This document shows positions 57,504-64,000 of a stretch of 64,000 nucleotides of DNA, in pieces. Origin of the DNA: Nitrospirota bacterium (GTDB lineage: Bacteria > Nitrospirota > UBA9217); assembly GCA_963663225.1 (NCBI GenBank), contig OY760142.1, positions 948,333 through 1,012,332 of the forward strand, written 5' to 3'. Each line of letters begins with the position of its first letter. Position 1 is the stretch's first letter. A program made the position numbers and the translations under genes. A model generated the notes under the pieces. That model had not been told where the DNA came from. It did no database searches and saw only the letters and a list, made by a program, of their open reading frames with translations.

Positions 57504-57520
57504 CAGAGGAGGAAGCATTA

Positions 57521-57949
57521 ATGGAACAGTACAGCACAAAAGTAATGGACCATTTCGCTCAGCCGCATAATGTTGGCGAAATCCCGGACGCGGACGGCGT
57601 CGGCACCGTGGGCAATCCCGTGTGCGGAGATGTTATGCGTCTTTACATCAAAGTGGAAAACGATATCATTACGGAGGCGAAATTCAAGACCTTCGGATGC
57701 GGTGCGGCCATCGCCACAAGCAGCATGGTAACAGACATGGTGAAGGGCAAATCCATCAGTGAAGCGCTTAAAATTTCCAACGCCGCGGTTGCCGAAGCGC
57801 TCGGCGGCCTTCCAAAAGTGAAGATGCATTGCTCGGTGCTCGCGGAGGAAGCGTTGAAATCGGCGCTTGACGATTACTACAAGAAAAAAGGCATCCCTTC
57901 TCCGGTGCAGATGCCGGCCAATGCAGAGCATGAACACGAAATGGAGTAA
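57521..57949 (+). CDS. nifU: Fe-S cluster assembly scaffold (NifU/IscU)
   Basis: IscU motifs GNPVCGDVM, GCGAAIA and KMHCSVLA. Confidence 0.9.
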   Translation: MEQYSTKVMDHFAQPHNVGEIPDADGVGTVGNPVCGDVMRLYIKVENDIITEAKFKTFGCGAAIATSSMVTDMVKGKSISEALKISNAAVAEALGGLPKVKMHCSVLAEEALKSALDDYYKKKGIPSPVQMPANAEHEHEME

Positions 57950-57992
57950 TTGTTCACCGGAGAACATGCAAAAATATTGCATGTTGTAGAAA

Positions 57993-58235
57993 ATGGACGT
58001 TCAGAAAATCAAACCGGACGAGATACTGGACTGCGTTGGCTTGGCATGCCCCATGCCTATCCTGAAAACAACGATCAAGATCAAGGATATGCAGCCCGGC
58101 CAGATACTTGAGGTGCAGGCCGACGACGACGGCATTGAAAAAGATATGCCGGCCTGGTGCGAAAAAACCGGGCACGAGTATCTCGGTTTTAAAAAAGAAA
58201 ACGATGAGTATCGCGTATACGTGCGCAAGCGTTAA
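57993..58235 (+). CDS. TusA-like sulfurtransferase
   Basis: 80 aa with the CPxP motif (LACPMP) of the TusA/SirA family. Confidence 0.8.
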   Translation: MDVQKIKPDEILDCVGLACPMPILKTTIKIKDMQPGQILEVQADDDGIEKDMPAWCEKTGHEYLGFKKENDEYRVYVRKR

Positions 58236-58386
58236 CCATTGTTGATCACGCCGCCTTCTACTGCGGAGTACAGACAAGGGCCGGGTTTTCATTTTCTAAT
58301 CAGAAGCCTGCGTCTACCGGTTCGGCTCCCGGCAGGATTCGATCTGAAAAATGCGGCGGCAAGGTTAATCGACGAATGCGGTTTTT

Positions 58387-59445
58387 ATGGACGGCTACTA
58401 CCAAATCTTCCTTACCACCATTATTATCGTTGCCATTGCTGCGGTTCTTCTTGCGCTTAAGAAGGTTTTTTTCAGCATTCTGCGTCATGTGATTCGGGAT
58501 TCCGCGCTGCATGTCGTGGATTTTTTTGAAAAAGGTTTGCAGGTCCCCTTGACCCTGCTTATTCTTCTCCTTGCGATTTATATCGCGCTTCGTCTCGCCG
58601 ACCTTCCAGCTGCATATGTTCCTTCCATCGTTGCCGGAATGTACCTGTCGCTCATCGTGACCGTCACGATGGGCCTCGCAAACGTAAGCGGCAGGACGCT
58701 TGATTTCTTTCTAAAAAAATCCGGCCTTCCCATCTCCGTTACCGGGCTGCTTCTCGGCGTAACGAAAGCCACGATCTATGCAATCGGTTTTCTCATCGCG
58801 CTGAACTATCTCGGGTTTTCCATCACGCCGATTATTACTGCTCTTGGCGTCGGCGGCCTTGCCATGGCCCTGGCGCTTCAGGACACCCTTTCGAACCTGT
58901 TTGCGGGCATGCATATACTTGCGGAGCAAACAGTGCGGGTCGGTGATTTTATCCGGTTGGAAACCGGCCAGGAAGGCCATATTGTCGACATAGGCTGGCG
59001 TACTACAAAAATCCGCACACCGACAAGCAATATGGTCGTTGTTCCGAACAGCAAATTGTCCCAAAGTGTAGTAACGAACTACTACCTTCCGGAACGGACG
59101 ATCACTATTCAGATGCCGGTCAGTGTGCATACGGACACAGCCCCGGCGTTTGCAGAGCGCATTCTCCTGGATGAAATACAGAAAGCTGTGCTCGATATTC
59201 CGGGGATCGTGCAGGAATCCGCACCGACCGTGTTCTTTACTCCCGGGTTCGGAGCCTCCTCCCTTGATTTTACGATCAGCTGCCAGGTGCAGGATATTCT
59301 TTACCAGCAGCCGGTCCTGCACGAACTGCGCAAGCGTATATACTCCCGATTTAAGCAAGAAAGCATTGAAATGCCTTTTCCAACCCAGACAGTCTGCTTA
59401 AAAAATCTGCCCGTAAAAAGCCGAAAAAAACGTCTCCCAAAATAG
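58387..59445 (+). CDS. small-conductance mechanosensitive channel (MscS family)
   Basis: N-terminal TM helices and the MscS beta-domain core (VRVGDFIRLETGQEGHIVDIGWRTTKIRT). Confidence 0.85.
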   Translation: MDGYYQIFLTTIIIVAIAAVLLALKKVFFSILRHVIRDSALHVVDFFEKGLQVPLTLLILLLAIYIALRLADLPAAYVPSIVAGMYLSLIVTVTMGLANVSGRTLDFFLKKSGLPISVTGLLLGVTKATIYAIGFLIALNYLGFSITPIITALGVGGLAMALALQDTLSNLFAGMHILAEQTVRVGDFIRLETGQEGHIVDIGWRTTKIRTPTSNMVVVPNSKLSQSVVTNYYLPERTITIQMPVSVHTDTAPAFAERILLDEIQKAVLDIPGIVQESAPTVFFTPGFGASSLDFTISCQVQDILYQQPVLHELRKRIYSRFKQESIEMPFPTQTVCLKNLPVKSRKKRLPK

Positions 59446-59461
59446 AGAAGCGCTTTTTCTG

Positions 59462-60529
59462 TTATTTGGCCATCCCCAGAATTGTTCTCAATGTGTCAGC
59501 CAGAATCGCGCATTCTTCATCGGTACCGATCGTAATGCGCAGGTAGTTTTCAATACGCGGCAGAGGAAAATGACGCACAAGAATCGAATGCTCCCTTAAT
59601 TTTTTGAGTAATTCGGCAGCACTTCGTTCAGCATGGCCGGCAAAAACAAAATTTGCAGCTGACGGTATGACATGAAAACCGAGCGACGAAAGATTTTTTG
59701 ACAGAGACTCTCTGGTCCTGATAATTTTTTTCCGGGTTTCTTCGAAATAATCACGATCTTCGACGGCAGCAACCGCGCCAGCAATCGCAAAGCGGTCAAG
59801 AGGATAGGAATTAAAGCTGTTTTTCACACGCTCCAATGCTTCAATCAGTGCGGAATGTCCGACCGCAAAGCCCACACGCAATCCGGCAAGAGACCGGGAC
59901 TTGGAGAAAGTCTGAATTACCAGCAGATTGGGATGCCGGTCGATCAGTGCGACTGCGGACTCGCCACCGAAGTCTATATACGCTTCGTCGACGACCACAA
60001 CGGATTCGGTGTTTCTTTGCAGCAGTTCATCAAGGGAGGCCAACGGCAACAACCTGCCGGTAGGAGCATTCGGGTTGGGGAAGATGATGCCTCCATTGGC
60101 CCCTGAATAATCCTTGCCACACAGCTCAAAAGCATCACGCAAAGGCACTGTTTCGTAAGACACCCCGAATAGTCTGCAAAAAACCGGGTAAAAACTATAG
60201 GTAATATCCGGGAAAAGAACCGGCCGCGGCTGTTTGAGCAAAGCCATGAACGTGAACGCCAGAACCTCATCAGAGCCGTTGCCGACAAAAACCTGGTCAG
60301 ATGTTACAGAATAATAATCGGCTACCGCCGCCTTAAGACGGTCTGCATTGGGATCAGGATACAGCCGCAGCGTGTTTCCCGCTTCCTGTCTGAGTGCTTC
60401 AAGAACGCGGGGCGAAGGGCCGTAAGGGTTTTCATTCGTGTTGAGTTTGATCAGCTTGGGAATCTTTGGCTGCTCTCCGGGTGTATAAGGCGTAAGACCG
60501 TGTACCACTGAACTCCAGTATTTACTCAT
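59462..60529 (-). CDS. hisC: histidinol-phosphate aminotransferase
   Basis: HisC N-terminus [13 protein letters not shown], plus a PLP-Lys region ([12 protein letters not shown]). Confidence 0.9.
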   Translation of the reverse strand: MSKYWSSVVHGLTPYTPGEQPKIPKLIKLNTNENPYGPSPRVLEALRQEAGNTLRLYPDPNADRLKAAVADYYSVTSDQVFVGNGSDEVLAFTFMALLKQPRPVLFPDITYSFYPVFCRLFGVSYETVPLRDAFELCGKDYSGANGGIIFPNPNAPTGRLLPLASLDELLQRNTESVVVVDEAYIDFGGESAVALIDRHPNLLVIQTFSKSRSLAGLRVGFAVGHSALIEALERVKNSFNSYPLDRFAIAGAVAAVEDRDYFEETRKKIIRTRESLSKNLSSLGFHVIPSAANFVFAGHAERSAAELLKKLREHSILVRHFPLPRIENYLRITIGTDEECAILADTLRTILGMAK

Positions 60530-60783
60530 GCTAAAATCCTCGTCTCAGTTTTCTCAAAAGTGAAGGGAATCTGATCCATTATAGTTTTTTTTGCACAAGA
60601 TGCAAGCCGATGGCACTAATTTGACTATTTTCGCTCCGGCAGTATGTTGTAACACGAACGACGGCGTTGCCGTCGAGAAAAACCATTCTGAAACAACGTC
60701 CGCATCCATACTATGAGTTCCTTTCCGTTTGACAATGCCCGGGGGATAGTTTAATATCACGTTATTAAAGCAAAAGGAGCCGC

Positions 60784-61848
60784 ATGCAGACTATTGCATC
60801 TCTTAAAGAAGGCGACTGGATCGAAGAAATATATCTCGTAACGTCCAAGCAGATATCCACAGCCAAAAACGGCGTAACCTATCTTTCCCTGAAACTTGCG
60901 GATAAAACCGGCGAGATCGACGGCAGACTGTGGGACAATGCCGACGATGTGGCAGGAAAGTTCGAGCGTGAAGATTTTGTACGCATTAAAGGAATGGTGT
61001 CCAATTATCAGGGCAGCATGCAGATCAAGATGAAGCAGCTCGAAAAAGTGGACGATGCCTCAGTGGACATCTCCAACTTTCTGGAATCGTCGCCCCGCAG
61101 CGTGGAAGACATGGTGGCGGAGCTGAAAACCGTTGTGACCGCGCTGTCCAACCCCCATCTGCAACGGCTTCTGAACGCTTTCTTAAACGATCCTGCATTC
61201 ATGGGACCGTTTAAAAAGATACCCGCCGCCAAAGCATTGCACCATAATTATATCGGAGGTCTGCTCGAACACGTGGTGGAGCTTATAACGCTCGCCCGGG
61301 ATGTTGCAAAACATTTTCCCTCCGCGGATATGGACCTGGTGACTGCAGGCGCCTTTCTGCATGACATCGGCAAGGTGCGCGAACTGTCCGTAAGAAAATC
61401 GATTGAATACACGACGGAAGGCCGCCTGCTGGGCCATATTTCCCTCGGATATGAAATGGTCACGGAAAAAATCAATGCTCTTCCGGATTTCCCTCCTGAA
61501 CTTGCCATGCTGATCAAGCATATTATGCTCTCACATCACGGTGAATATGAATATGGTTCACCCAAGAGGCCAAAAATTCGGGAAGCGCTCATCATCAACT
61601 ACCTAGACGATCTCGCTGCCAAGATCAATAATTTCAGCGCAACCATCAAGAAAGAACAGGTGGGCGAAGGCGAATGGACTGCATTCAGCAAAATGCATGA
61701 CCGATATCTTTACCGTCACGCTGTCTCCCCTGCTCCCTCGCATGCACAGGAAACCACCGAGGAGCCTAAGCAGCCGGCCCTTAAAACTGCAAAAAACAGC
61801 CAGCGGAACGTGTCTGATGTATCCGGAAAACTGCCGCTGGATATCTGA
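60784..61848 (+). CDS. OB-fold plus HD-domain 3'-5' exoribonuclease (YhaM-like)
   Basis: N-terminal OB/tRNA_anti fold. HD motif (HNYIGGLLEHV ... FLHDIGK). Confidence 0.75.
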   Translation: MQTIASLKEGDWIEEIYLVTSKQISTAKNGVTYLSLKLADKTGEIDGRLWDNADDVAGKFEREDFVRIKGMVSNYQGSMQIKMKQLEKVDDASVDISNFLESSPRSVEDMVAELKTVVTALSNPHLQRLLNAFLNDPAFMGPFKKIPAAKALHHNYIGGLLEHVVELITLARDVAKHFPSADMDLVTAGAFLHDIGKVRELSVRKSIEYTTEGRLLGHISLGYEMVTEKINALPDFPPELAMLIKHIMLSHHGEYEYGSPKRPKIREALIINYLDDLAAKINNFSATIKKEQVGEGEWTAFSKMHDRYLYRHAVSPAPSHAQETTEEPKQPALKTAKNSQRNVSDVSGKLPLDI

Positions 61849-61856
61849 GGTATGTA

Positions 61857-62762
61857 ATGCTCAATGTTCTCCGCAGCCTGCGCGACGGTTTGGCAAAAAC
61901 CCGCAAAGGCTTCAGCGATAAAATAGGCTCGCTTATCCTGGGAGAAAAGATTGATGAAACTTTTCTCGATGAACTCGAAGAAGCGCTTATTGCGTCTGAT
62001 GTGGGAATCGGAACCGCTTCATGGGTGCTGAAGGATTTGAGGGACAGATTCAACCGCCAGGAACTTTCCACACCGGTCCAGGTAAGAGACCGGCTCAAGC
62101 AGATACTGTATGAAATTCTCTCCGCTCAATCTTCCGTTTTTTCTCTTAAAACATCCCCGGCGGTGGTCCTTGTCGTCGGCGTGAATGGAACCGGAAAAAC
62201 AACGACCATTGGAAAGCTCGCACATCGTCTTCAGACCGAGGGGAAAAAAGTGATGCTCGCCGCGGCAGATACGTTTCGCGCGGCTGCCTCTGAACAACTC
62301 TCGATCTGGGGGGAACGCGCAGGGATTCCCGTGATCAAGCATCGGGAAGGGGCGGACCCGGGAGCAGTGGTTTTTGACGCTGTTTCCGCTGCAAAAGCCC
62401 GCTCCATGGATGTGCTTATCGTAGATACGGCGGGAAGACTGCATACAAAATCCAACCTTATGGAAGAACTGAAAAAAGTGCACCGTATTATATCGCGGGA
62501 GCTGCCGGGAGCGCCGCATGAAACGCTCCTTGTGCTCGACGGAAACACCGGTCAGAACGCGCTGGTGCAGGCAAAAATGTTTCATGATGCGGTGGGCCTT
62601 ACCGGCATCGTGCTTACCAAGCTTGATGGAACCTCCAAAGGGGGCATCGTCTTCGCCGTATACAAAGAGCTGGGGCTTGCGGTAAAGTTCGTGGGAATCG
62701 GGGAAGGCATTGAAGACCTTCGGGTTTTTAACCCAAAGGAATACGTCGACGCGCTGTTATAA
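61857..62762 (+). CDS. ftsY: signal recognition particle receptor FtsY (NG domain only, short form)
   Basis: SRP GTPase motifs GVNGTGKTTT, DTAGR and TKLDGT. Confidence 0.9.
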   Translation: MLNVLRSLRDGLAKTRKGFSDKIGSLILGEKIDETFLDELEEALIASDVGIGTASWVLKDLRDRFNRQELSTPVQVRDRLKQILYEILSAQSSVFSLKTSPAVVLVVGVNGTGKTTTIGKLAHRLQTEGKKVMLAAADTFRAAASEQLSIWGERAGIPVIKHREGADPGAVVFDAVSAAKARSMDVLIVDTAGRLHTKSNLMEELKKVHRIISRELPGAPHETLLVLDGNTGQNALVQAKMFHDAVGLTGIVLTKLDGTSKGGIVFAVYKELGLAVKFVGIGEGIEDLRVFNPKEYVDALL

Positions 62763-62800
62763 GACAGGAACAACTGCTCTAGACTGATGGATATTTAATT

Positions 62801-63085
62801 ATGGAGAGTGTGCAGGTTGAGATATTTGGCCAGACATATAGCATTAAAGGCCAGAACAATCCGGAGTATATCCGTGAGCTGGCCTCGTTCCTGAATGACA
62901 AAATGAAGGATGTGCAAAAAGGAACGGGCACTGTAGACCCGCTTCGCGTGGCCATTCTGACAGCACTTACCATTAGTGACGAACTATATCGCCTTCGCGA
63001 TCAACTCAGTGCTCTGGAAGAAACGACAGATGCGGCTGCAAAACGACTTTTGAATCTTACCGAACAAATTGATACTGACAAATAG
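62801..63085 (+). CDS. zapA: cell division protein ZapA
   Basis: 94-aa ZapA family (VEIFGQTYSIKG...). AT-rich RBS. Confidence 0.85.
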   Translation: MESVQVEIFGQTYSIKGQNNPEYIRELASFLNDKMKDVQKGTGTVDPLRVAILTALTISDELYRLRDQLSALEETTDAAAKRLLNLTEQIDTDK

Positions 63086-63233
63086 ACAATCTTTTCCTTT
63101 CACTGAATTCTTTCCTGAAAATATATTTTCTGAAGAGGCCGCCCTTTTTGGATTGTCCACGTGCAATATACGATAATCGATTGAAATTAAAAGTTTTTTG
63201 TATCTAGCCCGGGAATGTATTCCTTTTTTCTCC

Positions 63234-63264
63234 TTGCCATTTCTGCATGATTCTGGTATATAAT
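63234..63264 (+). promoter_or_regulatory. strong sigma70-like promoter (TTGCCA - 17 nt - TATATAAT) downstream of zapA
   Basis: -35 at 63234-63239, with an extended TGgTATATAAT -10 region. There is no ORF downstream. Confidence 0.4.
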
Positions 63265-63269
63265 ACATA

Positions 63270-63470
63270 CAAGATATATTTGTTACCCCCTGCTTTGCGC
63301 GTGATAGATAGATCTTGTTCCTCGTGAATAAAAAATAACGGGAGCCATCATACGGAAAGGGTGTGCATGCCCAGGCAAGACTGGGAAGCCTAAACTTTTC
63401 GACATGGCACCCACCTGGTTTATACCAGGAATCAAGAATGTCTGCACGGCAAAAGCGGGGGATTTCTCTA
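63270..63470 (+). ncRNA. ssrS: candidate structured ncRNA, possibly 6S RNA (ssrS)
   Basis: About 190 nt, promoter-proximal, non-coding. A closing stem can form between 63286-63299 (CCCCCTGCTTTGC) and 63449-63461 (GCAAAAGCGGGGG). There are internal hairpins, e.g. CCTGG-TTTATA-CCAGG. zapA-ssrS synteny is classical. Confidence 0.3.
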
Positions 63471-64000
63471 TAACCTTATAACCTTTCAGAACGGCATCAT
63501 AATTATTTTTTAATCGTTGATCAGCGCATATAAAGAAAGGGGCAGGATGTAAGGGCTCCAGCGCTTGTGATAGCATTTAGTATAAACGGAATACACGGAA
63601 GGCAACCGGAAGAATACGAATCTTCAAAGCAGTGAATGTGTATCAGTACCGCACGAAGATTTTACCAGTAATGCAACACTCGGAAACCATGGAGATATTT
63701 TGCAGATATAAAGTGCAACAAAACCTAGAGGACAGACCAGCCAGTACTAATACAGTTTTCCTGCGTTGGATTTTGACAGCAGCTGTTGTCAATGTTCTGT
63801 CCCGGAAATATCTGCAAACCACTTGATGCTTGATATCCCACGTACGGTGTTGTCCTGCTCTGGCCCGGTTTCCTGACCATCACAAGCCGCCCTGTATCCT
63901 CCTGAAGTAAACACATTGGGCCTCAAGAACCCCAAAAAACAGTTAACGGCTGACTTTGCCTCGTCCCGCCCCGCTGATGCACCGCTTGCGTGGAGAATGC

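Noticed and set aside
63283-63826. Small ORFs (97 aa minus, 64 aa plus) in the post-zapA region
   Set aside because: They have no RBS or homology and overlap the promoter-driven structured region. The ncRNA interpretation is preferred.
1-64000. Genomic island or prophage signatures (integrase, transposase, att sites next to tRNAs)
   Set aside because: No recombinase or phage structural genes were seen at either tRNA locus. The flanking genes are housekeeping. The arsR to hgcB block lacks mobility genes within the window.

Overview
This 64-kb window is chromosomal DNA from a Gram-negative bacterium. The evidence for Gram-negative is lpxC, periplasmic DsbC/CcdA-type proteins, lipoproteins and an M23/LysM peptidase. 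It is most likely an anaerobic Desulfobacterota or deltaproteobacterium-like organism with about 55-60% GC, and it carries only minimal SufBC and IscR-NifS-NifU Fe-S systems. Coding density is high and most genes are housekeeping. The gene map from 5' to 3' is: periplasmic rhodanese; GNAT pseudogene; acyl-CoA ligase; tpx; cspA; pepF; tRNA-Asp and tRNA-Val; an acetyl-CoA hydrolase/transferase fused to GNAT; deoC; LysM/M23 peptidase; lpxC; a TPR protein; two orphan peptide-ABC ATPases; a four-gene c-di-GMP and partner-switching operon; a CpXC zinc-ribbon protein; a GyrA/ParC-family topoisomerase; yjbQ; hgcB and hgcA embedded in a tightly coupled sufC-sufB-trx/ccdA-hgcA-hgcB operon; a phosphoesterase; proC; arsR-acr3; an alpha/beta hydrolase; a queG-like gene; marR; ppiB; an arginine and lysine biosynthesis cluster with the dapL variant; folK; a deoxynucleoside kinase; a yjgR-like ATPase; the dppBC permeases that match the two orphan ATPases; rsmA; tRNA-Gln and tRNA-Glu behind a consensus promoter; trmH; iscR-nifS-nifU-tusA; mscS; hisC; yhaM; ftsY; and zapA, followed by a promoter-driven structured non-coding region that is a candidate 6S RNA. 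The highlights are: (1) the mercury-methylation genes hgcA and hgcB, translationally coupled to a minimal Suf Fe-S system and a thioredoxin-CcdA membrane reductase; (2) a GGDEF / AAA-ATPase-RsbW kinase / STAS / HD-GYP operon; (3) a roughly 120-bp hairpin-rich REP-like element in two full copies and one remnant, whose differences preserve pairing through G-U wobble, which is RNA-level conservation; and (4) a GNAT gene disrupted by two in-frame stop codons at conserved motif positions. No CRISPR array, transposase, integrase or phage genes were seen.
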